A stretch of DNA of 64,000 nt. Source: an uncultured Clostridia bacterium (lineage in GTDB: Bacteria; Bacillota; Clostridia; Christensenellales; CAG-314). Shown piece by piece: positions 40,238 through 49,916 of this stretch; the first letter of the stretch is position 1, and each line of letters opens with the position of its first letter. The notes beneath the pieces were generated by a model. That model saw only the letters and a list, made by a program, of their open reading frames with translations, was not told where the DNA came from and did no database searches. Position numbers and translations under genes: made by a program. The stretch spans positions 33,608 to 97,607 of the forward strand of contig CANQGD010000001.1 in the NCBI GenBank assembly GCA_947601445.1. Direction: 5' to 3'.

Positions 40238-41418
40238 TGCAAAAATTACAAGGGAAAAACATTGTTATAGGAGTCTGCGGAGGTATTGCCGTTTACAAGG
40301 TATGCCAAGTTGTTCGATTGTTCAAAAAGCTTGGGGCTAACGTCGATGTGATTATGACAAAAAATGCGACGGAATTTGTCGCTCCGCTTACGTTCGAAAC
40401 CCTTTCCAACCGCCCGGTTATCACGGATATGTTCAAACGCGGCGGTCATTGGGAAGTGGAGCACATTTCCCTTGCAAAAAAAGCGGATTTGTTTTTGGTT
40501 TGTCCCGCCACAGCAAATATTGTGGGCAAATTGTCCAACGGCATTGCCGACGATATGCTTTCCACGACGCTTATGGCAACCAAAGCGCCTATCGTGATAT
40601 GTCCCGCGATGAACACCAGTATGTATCGAAGCAAGGCGTTCAATAGCAATTTGGAGACTTTGATTTCACGAGGAGTTCAAGTAGTACGCGGCGAAAGCGG
40701 TTTTTTGGCATGCGGCGATTCGGGCGACGGTCGTATGGCGGAGCCGGAAACAATCGTGGATTTTTGCGTTGGAGTGTTGTGTCCCGTATGGGATTTGGAA
40801 GGCAAAAGAGTACTTGTAACATGCGGTGCAACTATTGAAAAGCTGGATGACGTTAGGTATATTACCAATTTTTCCAGCGGCAAAATGGGCAGCGCGGTAG
40901 TAGAGGCGGCTTTGAATCGAGGAGCCGAAGTAACCGTTGTTTGCGGCAGACATACCGCGCCGATAGATGAACGCGCAAATGTTGTCGAAGTGGAAACTAC
41001 CAAACAGATGTTTGACGTTACTTTATCCTATGCCGAACAACAGGATATTTTTGTTTTGGCAGGCGCTCCGTGCGATTACCGTCCGTCGAATTTTTCCGAC
41101 AGCAAAATCAAGTCCGACAGTCTCACGGTCGAATTCGTAAAAAATCCTGATATAGCACAACGTTTAGGCGAAATCAAAGGCAACAGGTTTTTGTGTATTT
41201 TCTCTGCCGAAACGGACAACGGCATTGAAAATGCGCGGGCAAAACTTGTAAAAAAGAATGCGGATTTGGCTGTACTCAACGATGTAAAACACAATAACGT
41301 TTTCGGAAGCGATACCAACGTCGTGTCTTTTGTTACGGCGCTGAAAGTGACGGATTATCCCGAAATGAGCAAAAAAGACGTTGCGAATTTGATTTTGGAC
41401 AAGGCAACAGGCAAATGA
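40237..41418 (+). CDS. coaBC: Bifunctional phosphopantothenoylcysteine decarboxylase / phosphopantothenate--cysteine ligase
   Basis: Flavoprotein N-domain (GVCGGIAVYK, PAMN) and a DFP C-domain (ITNFSSGKMG). TAATG junction with rpoZ. Confidence 0.93.
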   Translation: MQKLQGKNIVIGVCGGIAVYKVCQVVRLFKKLGANVDVIMTKNATEFVAPLTFETLSNRPVITDMFKRGGHWEVEHISLAKKADLFLVCPATANIVGKLSNGIADDMLSTTLMATKAPIVICPAMNTSMYRSKAFNSNLETLISRGVQVVRGESGFLACGDSGDGRMAEPETIVDFCVGVLCPVWDLEGKRVLVTCGATIEKLDDVRYITNFSSGKMGSAVVEAALNRGAEVTVVCGRHTAPIDERANVVEVETTKQMFDVTLSYAEQQDIFVLAGAPCDYRPSNFSDSKIKSDSLTVEFVKNPDIAQRLGEIKGNRFLCIFSAETDNGIENARAKLVKKNADLAVLNDVKHNNVFGSDTNVVSFVTALKVTDYPEMSKKDVANLILDKATGK

Positions 41419-43613
41419 TTTATTCGGTAATTGTTGATCTGTCCGCAAATGAAGTGGACCGAATATTCGACTATAAAGGCGAGGGCTACATTGTTGGCAC
41501 TCGCGTTTTGGTCAACTTCGGAAACAGGCAAACAGAGGGATATATTATCGAGGAAAAACAAAATTCCGATTATGATCCGAATAAGCTGAAAGAAATAATA
41601 CGTCCTCTCGAAGATTTCCCCGCAATTTCCTCCGAAATGCTTTCCCTCGGAAAATATATGCGAGACGAATATCACCTGCGTTGGGCGGATATTTTACGGC
41701 TGTTTATTCCAGCGGAGATGCGCGGCAGCAGGGTAAAATCCCTTTTCAAACAGCAAGTCAGATTGTCCGTTGACGACAGTCTTGATAAAATTTTGGATTC
41801 ACTGAAACCCAATGCAACAATGCAGAGGGATTTGGTGACTTTTTTGTATCTGAACGGCGCGACGCTTGCGGAAACATTGAACTCGGAATTCGGCAGTTCG
41901 GCATTGCGCGCTCTCAAACAAAAAGGAATAGTGGAAACACAAGATATTGTGGTGCGGCGTACTCCGTATAAGAATATGGGTTCGGGGGTCAATCTGCGTC
42001 ACACGCTTTTATCGAGTCAACAACGTGCTGTTGATACCGTTTTGTCGGACAGAACGGGCAAATACCTTCTGCACGGCGTAACAGGCAGCGGCAAGACGGA
42101 AGTTTATCTGACCGTCATAGAAAAGATTGTCGCCGAAGGAAAGACCTGTATTATGTTGGTGCCGGAAATTTCGCTCACTCCCGCAATGCTCAAACAGCTG
42201 CGCGATCGATTCGGCGATACCGTTGCGCTCATTCACAGCGGACTGTCCGCCGGTGAACGCTATGACGAATGGTTGCGTCTCAAAAACGGCGAAGCTCAAA
42301 TTGCGATAGGCGCACGCAGCGCCGTATTTGCTCCTTTGACTAATATCGGCGCGATAATTATAGACGAGGAACACGACAGTAGTTATGTGTCCGATTTCAA
42401 TCCGCGCTACAATACGGTAGATGTTGCCGAATTTCGTGCAAATCAAAGCGGCGCATTGTTGCTTTTGGGAAGCGCAACGCCGAGTATATGCAGTTACTAC
42501 AACGCAAAATGCGGAAAATACAAACTCATCGAGATGCCCGAGAGAATAAACAAGCAGCCGCTTCCCAAAGTAGAAATCGTGGATATGCGTACGGAAACGC
42601 GCAAAGGCAACAAAGGAATTTTCAGTTCGGTTTTGCGCGATCGTCTGGAACAAACCTTGCGGGAAGGAAATCAGGCAATGCTTTTTCTCAACAGGCGCGG
42701 TTATTCTTCCTTTTTGATGTGTACTAAATGCGGATATGTGGCAAAATGTACGGACTGTGACGTTACGCTTACCGTTCATCGCGAGGACAACAGACTGAAA
42801 TGTCACTATTGTGGCAAACCGTACTATATGTTGGATAAATGTCCCAATTGCAAATCCGACAGCTTTCGGCAGGGAAAGATCGGCACGCAGCAGGTGGTGG
42901 AACAGCTAAGCAAACTTTTCCCCGACGTTAAGGTACTGCGAATGGATGCCGACACGACGCAGACAAAAGAAAGTCACGGGAAAATTTTGGAGGCATTTCG
43001 AAAAGGCGAAGCGCAAATTCTTGTGGGTACTCAGATGATTGCCAAAGGGCATGATTTCCCCAAAGTTACGTTGGTTGGTATTCTCGACGGCGATCAAAGT
43101 TTATATCACCAGGACTATCTCGCAACGGAGCGTACGTTTCAGTTGATTACTCAGGTGGCGGGGCGCAGCGGCAGAGACAAAGACGTAGGTACCGTTGTAC
43201 TGCAAACATATACGCCTACACACGACTGTTTGTTGCTCGCAGCCCGGCAGGATTACAAGAGTTTTTACGAAATGGAAATAAACATTCGACGTCCGTCGCA
43301 TTTTCCGCCGTTTTCGGAAATCATACGGATACTTTATACGGGCGAAAAGGAGAAAGACTGTATCGACCAGCTTACGGAACAGTATGCGCAAATAATCGAC
43401 TTGAAAACACGTTACGTTCAGGCGTTTTATTATCTGGACAAAATGCGATGTCCGTTAAAACGCGCGGAAAAAAAATTTCGGTTTCAGATATTGATAAAAT
43501 TGTCCACTGACAGCGTAAAAGAAATTCTGCCGCAAATTTATTCGGTATGCGACGGAAAAAAACGCAACGGCGTTCAAATTTTTGTTGAACGCAATCCGCA
43601 AAATTTATCTTGA
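41415..43613 (+). CDS. priA: Primosomal protein N' (PriA helicase)
   Basis: Walker A GVTGSGKTEVY, DEEHD, and a Cys-rich Zn region (CTKCGY...CTDCD...CHYCG...CPNC). Confidence 0.95.
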   Translation: MIYSVIVDLSANEVDRIFDYKGEGYIVGTRVLVNFGNRQTEGYIIEEKQNSDYDPNKLKEIIRPLEDFPAISSEMLSLGKYMRDEYHLRWADILRLFIPAEMRGSRVKSLFKQQVRLSVDDSLDKILDSLKPNATMQRDLVTFLYLNGATLAETLNSEFGSSALRALKQKGIVETQDIVVRRTPYKNMGSGVNLRHTLLSSQQRAVDTVLSDRTGKYLLHGVTGSGKTEVYLTVIEKIVAEGKTCIMLVPEISLTPAMLKQLRDRFGDTVALIHSGLSAGERYDEWLRLKNGEAQIAIGARSAVFAPLTNIGAIIIDEEHDSSYVSDFNPRYNTVDVAEFRANQSGALLLLGSATPSICSYYNAKCGKYKLIEMPERINKQPLPKVEIVDMRTETRKGNKGIFSSVLRDRLEQTLREGNQAMLFLNRRGYSSFLMCTKCGYVAKCTDCDVTLTVHREDNRLKCHYCGKPYYMLDKCPNCKSDSFRQGKIGTQQVVEQLSKLFPDVKVLRMDADTTQTKESHGKILEAFRKGEAQILVGTQMIAKGHDFPKVTLVGILDGDQSLYHQDYLATERTFQLITQVAGRSGRDKDVGTVVLQTYTPTHDCLLLAARQDYKSFYEMEINIRRPSHFPPFSEIIRILYTGEKEKDCIDQLTEQYAQIIDLKTRYVQAFYYLDKMRCPLKRAEKKFRFQILIKLSTDSVKEILPQIYSVCDGKKRNGVQIFVERNPQNLS

Positions 43614-43623
43614 AAGGTGTATT

Positions 43624-44082
43624 ATGGCAAAAAGAAACATTATAAAAATGGGCGATCCTCTTCTTCGCAAAATAAGCAAACCCGTCGAGGATTTCGACGG
43701 AAGATTGTCACAACTGTTGGATGATATGACGGAAACACTACACGCCGTAGGCGGTTTGGGATTGGCTGCTCCGCAGGTTGGAATACTCAAACGCGTTTGT
43801 ATAGTGGAATACGACGAACAGTTGTACGAATTGGTAAATCCCGTATTGATCAAGAGTTCCGGCAAGTGCGTTGACAACGAGGGCTGTTTATCTGTTGTGG
43901 GATTCCGCGGACTTGTAGAACGCCCGCAAATTATAGATATAGAATACTTCGATCGTTACGGAAAAAAACACGCAAAACATGCGGAAGGGTATTTTGCGCG
44001 TGTGTTTTTGCATGAAATGGATCATTTGGACGGAATTTTGTTTTCCGACAAAATGATAAAAAAGATTATCGATGAGGATTAG
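43624..44082 (+). CDS. def: Peptide deformylase
   Basis: GLAAPQVG, EGCLS and HEMDHL motifs. Confidence 0.95.
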   Translation: MAKRNIIKMGDPLLRKISKPVEDFDGRLSQLLDDMTETLHAVGGLGLAAPQVGILKRVCIVEYDEQLYELVNPVLIKSSGKCVDNEGCLSVVGFRGLVERPQIIDIEYFDRYGKKHAKHAEGYFARVFLHEMDHLDGILFSDKMIKKIIDED

Positions 44083-44092
44083 CGGATAAAAC

Positions 44093-45025
44093 ATGTCAAT
44101 GAAAGTTGTGTTTTTGGGAACACCCGATTTCGGAGTTCCCGCATTGAGCAGAATTATGCAATTGCACAAAGTCGTCGGAGTGGTGTGCCAACCGGATAAA
44201 GTAGGTGCGCGCGGTAAAATAGAGTTTTGTGCGATAAAAAAATTTGCGTTACAGCACAATTTGCCGCTGTTTCAATTTGAAAAAATCTCTCGCGACGGAG
44301 TGCAAACGCTCAAAGATATTGCTCCCGACATTATGGTTACGGCGGCTTACGGACAAATTTTATCGCAGGAAGTGATAGATATAGCTCCGCACGGAATTAT
44401 CAATATTCACGGGTCTCTGTTGCCTCAACTGCGCGGCGCCGCTCCGATTCAATACGCGGTATTGTCAGGCTTGCAAAAAACGGGTATTACAATTTTGAAT
44501 ACCGTGCGCAAGGTGGATGCGGGAGAAATCATTTTGCAAAAACCGTTGGATATTTTACCTTACGAAACATGCGGCGAATTGTTCGCCAGGATGTCCGAAC
44601 TCGGTGCGGATGCCGTAATACAAGCTCTTGAACTCATAGAGAACGGAAAAGCCGTCTATACCCCTCAATCGGAAGACGAAGCCACTTTTTGCAGCAAAAT
44701 TACCGCCGAGCAGGAGCAAATTGATTGGAACAAGCCATGTCGCGAGGTTATCAATCTTGTACGCGCACTCAATCCGTCACCTGCCGCCTGGACAACGGCG
44801 GCGGGCAAACGAATCAAAATTTACGCGTTGCGTCCGAGCAGTCGCACATACGAAGGAAAAGCCGGCGAAGTGGTGTTTTGCGGTAAAAAATTTCTCACGG
44901 TAATGTGCGCCGACGGAGCTGTGGACATTGTGGAATTGCAAGCGGAAAATTCCAAGCGGATGGATGCGGCAAGTTTTTTGAACGGTCACACGATACCGGT
45001 CGGCACATTTTTGGGTGAGCAATGA
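44093..45025 (+). CDS. fmt: Methionyl-tRNA formyltransferase
   Basis: VVFLGTPDF, NIHGSLLPQLRGAAPIQ. The start could instead be ATG 44099. Confidence 0.93.
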   Translation: MSMKVVFLGTPDFGVPALSRIMQLHKVVGVVCQPDKVGARGKIEFCAIKKFALQHNLPLFQFEKISRDGVQTLKDIAPDIMVTAAYGQILSQEVIDIAPHGIINIHGSLLPQLRGAAPIQYAVLSGLQKTGITILNTVRKVDAGEIILQKPLDILPYETCGELFARMSELGADAVIQALELIENGKAVYTPQSEDEATFCSKITAEQEQIDWNKPCREVINLVRALNPSPAAWTTAAGKRIKIYALRPSSRTYEGKAGEVVFCGKKFLTVMCADGAVDIVELQAENSKRMDAASFLNGHTIPVGTFLGEQ

Positions 45026-46296
45026 ACGACGCGTTTCTGAAAAGCTATCAAACGTTACGCGAAGTGTACGTAAACGGCGCGTTTTCTTCCATTGCGCTCA
45101 ACAAAACGCTTTACAATTGTAAAAATCGAGACAGGGCTTTGATTACAAAACTTGTTTACGGCGTTTTGGACAACGATATACGTTTAAGCTATATTATCTC
45201 CAAATATGTGCGCAAATTTCCCAAAGGCGACGCATTGCTTTTTCTGAAAATCGGCGTATATTGTTTAACCGATTTGTCTTTGCCCGTTTACGCCGTTGTA
45301 AACGATGTTGCGGAGCTGTCCAAACTATCGGGAGACAGGCATATCGTCGGATTTGTGAACGCTACATTGAAAGCCGTTTCCCAAAATGCAAAGCAGCCGG
45401 TAGAATATCCGACAGATCCCGACGAGTATCTTTCCGTCAGATATTCCTATCCCGTTTGGGCAGTTAAAAAGTTGGTAAAGGATTACGGCAGGGATACGGC
45501 TGCGGCAATAGTGTCTCACAGCGCGGAAAATAAAGCCGTTGCAAGATTTGTTTATCCGACCACTGCGGAACAGATTCTTCAACGATACGGGATTCATGCG
45601 GAAAACACCTGTTTCGATGACGCCTATTTTGTTAAAGGCAGCTTGCCGAGCGATAGTGCCGATTGTACTTTTCAAAGCTTATCCTCGATTGCCATTGCAC
45701 GTATATGCGCACGGAGCACTCCGCAAAGCGGAACTTTTTTGGATTGTTGCGCGGCGCCGGGAGGCAAATCGGTGTATGTCAAACAGCTTAAACCGGATTT
45801 GCAAGTTACGTCCTGCGATATTCATCCGCATCGCGTTGCGCTTATTGAAAGTTACGCACATCGTATGAAGGTTGAAATCGAAACCGTTTGCCGAGATATG
45901 TCGGTTTTTTATGCAGAATGGCAGCGTTCTTTCGATACCGTACTATGCGACGTCCCATGCAGCGGTTTCGGCGTATTGGACAACCGTCCCGACATTAAAC
46001 TTTTCAGAGAAAACAAGGATATATCCGAGTTGATGAAGCTGCAATATTCGATATTGAACAATTGCGCCGAGTATGTAAAGGTTGGAGGAAACCTGATTTA
46101 TTCGACGTGTACGATTTTCGACAACGAAAACGGTCAAAATGTACGTAAATTTTTGAAAGAACATCCCGACTTTACTTACGGAGAGATTTTACTCCCCGAA
46201 ATTTCTTCGGCTGACCGCCGAGGATTTTATCAATTTTTACCGCACAAAGAGGGCATGCAGGGCTTTTTTGTAGCGGTTCTCAAAAAAATCCGATGA
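45022..46296 (+). CDS. rsmB: 16S rRNA (cytosine967-C5)-methyltransferase RsmB
   Basis: NusB-like N-domain and SAM MTase motifs (DCCAAPGGKS, DVPCSGFG, YSTCT). Confidence 0.9.
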   Translation: MNDAFLKSYQTLREVYVNGAFSSIALNKTLYNCKNRDRALITKLVYGVLDNDIRLSYIISKYVRKFPKGDALLFLKIGVYCLTDLSLPVYAVVNDVAELSKLSGDRHIVGFVNATLKAVSQNAKQPVEYPTDPDEYLSVRYSYPVWAVKKLVKDYGRDTAAAIVSHSAENKAVARFVYPTTAEQILQRYGIHAENTCFDDAYFVKGSLPSDSADCTFQSLSSIAIARICARSTPQSGTFLDCCAAPGGKSVYVKQLKPDLQVTSCDIHPHRVALIESYAHRMKVEIETVCRDMSVFYAEWQRSFDTVLCDVPCSGFGVLDNRPDIKLFRENKDISELMKLQYSILNNCAEYVKVGGNLIYSTCTIFDNENGQNVRKFLKEHPDFTYGEILLPEISSADRRGFYQFLPHKEGMQGFFVAVLKKIR

Positions 46297-47339
46297 TACT
46301 TTTGCAAGATATGTCTCAAACGGAGTTATCCGATTTTCTCACCGCCGAATTTAATGTCAAGCCATTCGTTGCTAAGCAAATTTTCGATTGGTTGCTTAAA
46401 GGCGCGGACTTTGATTCAATGACAAATATATCCAAAAGTCTGCGAGAACAACTGAAACATGACTGTGTGGCGGTTTCTGCTAAAATTGTCCGTACGCTCA
46501 CTTCGCAAATTGACGGCACGCAAAAATTTCTTTTTGAACTGTTTGACGGCAATGTCGTCGAGGGTGTGTTGATGAGTTACAAATACGGAAACACTCTGTG
46601 CGTTTCCACTCAAGTGGGATGTCGGATGGGGTGCAAATTTTGTGCAAGCACGCTAAACGGTTTGGTGCGAAATTTATCTGCTGGCGAGATACTTTCTCAG
46701 GTGCTTTCGGTAAATGCCTTGGGAAACAGCCGTGAACGCTTTGTAAACAACATCGTACTGATGGGCAGCGGGGAACCTTTGGACAATTTTGACAACGTAA
46801 TAAAATTTTTGCGTCTTGTTTCCGACAGTCGGGGAATAAACATTTCTTTGAGAAATATTTCTCTTTCCACGTGTGGTTTGGCGCCTAAAATTCGGGAATT
46901 GGCAGATATGGGTTTGCCGATAAATTTGACGCTCAGTCTGCACAACCCCGACAATGAGGAACGCAAACAAATAATGCCTGTTTCAAACGCATATTCCGTA
47001 GAAGAGTCCGTTGCGGCATGCAGGTACTTTTTTGAAAAAACAGGCAGAAGGATATATGTGGAATACACGCTTATCGACAGTCAGAACGATAGTTACGCTC
47101 ACGCGCTCAAATTAGCTTCATTACTGAAAGGAATGTCGGTTCATGTCAACGTTATAGCGCTCAATCCGGTAAAAGAAACAAGGCTTAAAAGCACGAGCGA
47201 AAGGGTTGTCAAACAATTTTTGCTATATCTGGACAAGCTCGGAGTTTCCGCTACTCGCCGACGTACAATAGGTCAGGATATAGAGGGTGCTTGCGGACAA
47301 CTTAGGCGTCGTTATTTGGAGAATAAAAATGGCTTTTGA
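46293..47339 (+). CDS. rlmN: 23S rRNA/tRNA (adenine-C2)-methyltransferase RlmN
   Basis: Radical SAM CRMGCKFC, MGSGEPLDN, and a C-terminal GACGQL. Confidence 0.94.
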   Translation: MILLQDMSQTELSDFLTAEFNVKPFVAKQIFDWLLKGADFDSMTNISKSLREQLKHDCVAVSAKIVRTLTSQIDGTQKFLFELFDGNVVEGVLMSYKYGNTLCVSTQVGCRMGCKFCASTLNGLVRNLSAGEILSQVLSVNALGNSRERFVNNIVLMGSGEPLDNFDNVIKFLRLVSDSRGINISLRNISLSTCGLAPKIRELADMGLPINLTLSLHNPDNEERKQIMPVSNAYSVEESVAACRYFFEKTGRRIYVEYTLIDSQNDSYAHALKLASLLKGMSVHVNVIALNPVKETRLKSTSERVVKQFLLYLDKLGVSATRRRTIGQDIEGACGQLRRRYLENKNGF

Positions 47340-48201
47340 CAAAGGCATAGTAGTTAAATCCGTCGGTGGCGTATTCACCGTGTTGTCCGGGGAACAAAAA
47401 TATGTGTGTTATGCTCCCAAAAAATTGCGGTATAACGATTTTGACGTGTTAGTGGGGGATAGGGTTGTTTTTGAAAGGCTCAAACACGGCAAGGGAGTTG
47501 TTGTCGAAGTGGAAGCCCGCCACAACAAACTCACAAGACCGGAAATAGCCAACGTGGACGTTTGTTTCATAGTATTGGCAAGTCAGCCGCAGCCGGATTT
47601 TTATCTTTGCGACAAGATACTTATAAACTGTTTTCAGGAGCATATCGAACCGATAATTGTGATCAATAAGTCCGATTTGCCTTGCAGTATTTCCGACAAA
47701 GTCTATGCGGATTACAACGGAATAGCGGATATTGTGTGCGTTTCCGCAATCGATGACAGCGCTAAAATATTGTACGGTTATCTCAAAGGAAGCAAGGTGG
47801 CTTGTTTTGCGGGACAGTCGGCGGTGGGCAAAACTTCGCTCCTAAATACGTTGCTTCCGGGTTTACAAGCGCAAACGGGCAATATCTCGGAAAAATCCGG
47901 CAGAGGAGTACACACGACGCGCCACAGTTCGTTGTACAAAACGGAAGAAGGATTTTTAGTGGATACTTGCGGTTTTTCACTGTGCGAACTGAAAAATATA
48001 CGTTCCGACGAATTGAGATTATATCTGGATGACTTTGTCACTGTGGCGCATGATTGCAAATATGCTTCCTGCACACACACGGCAGAGCCAGAATGTGCGG
48101 TAAAAGCGGCAGTTGAGTGCGGTAAACTCAGCAAATCGCGTTATGAGCGATACATAGAGGAATGCAACGAATTGAAGCAAGCGGAAAAAAATCAGTATTG
48201 A
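47329..48201 (+). CDS. rsgA: Ribosome small subunit-dependent GTPase A
   Basis: Circularly permuted GTPase (INKSDL then GQSAVGKTSLLN) and a C-terminal Zn motif (C-x-H-x...C). 11-nt overlap with rlmN. Confidence 0.92.
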   Translation: MAFDKGIVVKSVGGVFTVLSGEQKYVCYAPKKLRYNDFDVLVGDRVVFERLKHGKGVVVEVEARHNKLTRPEIANVDVCFIVLASQPQPDFYLCDKILINCFQEHIEPIIVINKSDLPCSISDKVYADYNGIADIVCVSAIDDSAKILYGYLKGSKVACFAGQSAVGKTSLLNTLLPGLQAQTGNISEKSGRGVHTTRHSSLYKTEEGFLVDTCGFSLCELKNIRSDELRLYLDDFVTVAHDCKYASCTHTAEPECAVKAAVECGKLSKSRYERYIEECNELKQAEKNQY

Positions 48202-48249
48202 CTAAGTCGTTCTGAAAATTTATAATATAATCACGAAAAAGAGGTAGTT

Positions 48250-48894
48250 ATGAAGAAGATTTACATAAGTCCGTCCATTTTGTCAGCAGATTTTGCCAGA
48301 CTCGACCAAGAATGCAAATCATTGCAGGAGTGCGGCGCGGATTGGATTCATTGCGATGTTATGGACGGTAACTTTGTGCCCAATTTAACATTCGGTATGC
48401 CTGTAATTGCAAGTATTCGCCGCTATACCGAATTACCTTTGGACGTGCATTTGATGATAGACAAACCCGAGCGTTACGTGGAACAATTCGCACGTGCGGG
48501 CGCGGATATTATAACGTTTCACGTTGAGGCGACGCAAAACGTATCTCAAACGCTGAGGCTCATCCGTTCTATGGGTAAAAAGGCGGGCTTGTCTGTAAAA
48601 CCCAATACGCCTATTGGCACATTAACGGCTTATCGCGGGCTGTTTGATATGGTTCTTATTATGTCTGTCGAACCCGGATTCGGCGGACAAACATTCATTC
48701 CCGAATCGACGGAAAAAATCCTTCGTGCCAAACAGTTATTTCCCGATGTGACCGTGGAGGTTGACGGAGGTATAAATATTGAAACTTCCCGACAAGTTAT
48801 TGACGCGGGAGTGGACGTTATTGTGGCGGGCAGCGCAATAATGAATGCTCCCGATCGTAAAGTCGCCATCGATCGTATTCGCAAAGGCAGATAG
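48250..48894 (+). CDS. rpe: Ribulose-phosphate 3-epimerase
   Basis: SPSILSADF, HCDVMDG.FVPN, SVEPGFGGQ.F. Confidence 0.95.
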   Translation: MKKIYISPSILSADFARLDQECKSLQECGADWIHCDVMDGNFVPNLTFGMPVIASIRRYTELPLDVHLMIDKPERYVEQFARAGADIITFHVEATQNVSQTLRLIRSMGKKAGLSVKPNTPIGTLTAYRGLFDMVLIMSVEPGFGGQTFIPESTEKILRAKQLFPDVTVEVDGGINIETSRQVIDAGVDVIVAGSAIMNAPDRKVAIDRIRKGR

Positions 48895-49278
48895 GGCACA
48901 TCGAAATTAAACAAATTCGTTGAATAAAAATTTCCCGTTTTGAGTTTTGACGTCTTAAAAACGTAAAGAATATTCCTATATTCAATGTATTTTTCACGCA
49001 AAGCGAGCGGTGGATGCAGCTGCTTTATTTCAAAATCGTGCAACAATATTTTCAATTGATTTCAATGCGGGTTTTAATACAATTCGGCGACACGGTAAAA
49101 TCCGTATTGAACCGATTTTTGTAGTTTAACGCAAGTGGAATATTTTATAAATTTTCTTTGGTATAATACATAAATAAATTATATAGTTCTTTGAGAAATT
49201 TTAATCGCTTTATTTTTGCGGTAAAGCGTAACCGCACGTATTTCTTTTGCATATAATGGTACCAAACAAGGGGGAAAG

Positions 49279-49371
49279 ATGAAAAACAAGATTTTTTGTT
49301 TCAAAGTGCCCAGCTTTTTGGGCTGTGTACTGCGTATACTGTTGGGCAAAACCGTTGTGGGGAAAAAGTAA
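49279..49371 (+). CDS. spoVM: Stage V sporulation protein M-like 30-aa peptide (unlisted small ORF)
   Basis: Strong SD (AGGGGGAAAG) and TATAAT at 49251-49256. The terminator starts 9 nt after the stop. MKNKIFCFKVPSFLGCVLRILLGKTVVGKK aligns with B. subtilis SpoVM (recalled as MKFYTIKLPKFLGGIVRAMLGSFRKD) over K-x-P-x-FLG-x3-R-x2-LG. The location between rpe and rpmB matches B. subtilis. Confidence 0.6.
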   Translation: MKNKIFCFKVPSFLGCVLRILLGKTVVGKK

Positions 49372-49379
49372 TGTTTGGC

Positions 49380-49413
49380 AAAAAAAACAAGTCCTGTCGG
49401 ATGGACTTGTTTT
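49380..49413. terminator. Bidirectional terminator shared by spoVM-like ORF (+) and the 49415-49915 gene (-)
   Basis: AAAACAAGTCC / GGACTTGTTTT stem with loop TGTCGGAT and A/T runs on both sides. Confidence 0.7.
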
Positions 49414-49414
49414 G

Positions 49415-49915
49415 CTATTTGTCATCGTTGTTTGACTTGTTGTTTTCGTACAATTCATTTACGTTTACGGCCTGCGTTCGCGTTGACAGTATTGTCAGCA
49501 TTTCATCGCGGTATTGTGTGGCAATTTCAAAAACTTTATTTGTGCCTGTAAGGCGAAACCGAAAGAAATTCGTATCTTTGATCGGTTCATATTCGAAAGC
49601 CGATATATCTTGCAACGCTAACTTTTTCTTGTGAAAAAACAAATTTACGATAACTTCTTTTTCCGTCACCGTCAAGCGAAAGCTCATGCTTTTCCACAAT
49701 TGCCAGGTAATGCTTTCGATAAACAGCCAACAAAAAATCAATGTCAGTTTTATTGCCAAATGCCACTGCATTTTGCCGGAAAAATACAACAATATGCCGA
49801 ATCCCGCGGTGAAAAGCAGCGAGCTTACTATTAGAGCTATAACTTTTTGTTTTGCGTTCGGAACATCGTCTGCCAACAATGCCGGAATTATCGGTTTTTC
49901 TGGTTTATTATCCAT
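49415..49915 (-). CDS. Hypothetical membrane protein (2 TM helices plus C-terminal soluble, possibly bacterial-PH-like domain)
   Basis: SD GGGAGA; its start overlaps the PAP2 gene stop. Two hydrophobic helices are followed by a beta-rich segment (FRLTVTEKEVIVNLFF...FRFRLTGTNKVFEI). Confidence 0.5.
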   Translation of the reverse strand: MDNKPEKPIIPALLADDVPNAKQKVIALIVSSLLFTAGFGILLYFSGKMQWHLAIKLTLIFCWLFIESITWQLWKSMSFRLTVTEKEVIVNLFFHKKKLALQDISAFEYEPIKDTNFFRFRLTGTNKVFEIATQYRDEMLTILSTRTQAVNVNELYENNKSNNDDK

Positions 49916-49916
49916 T

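Noticed and set aside
48630-49055. 141-aa minus-strand ORF starting in the rpe-spoVM spacer.
   Set aside because: Two thirds of it is antisense to rpe. It has no SD or promoter and no family resemblance.
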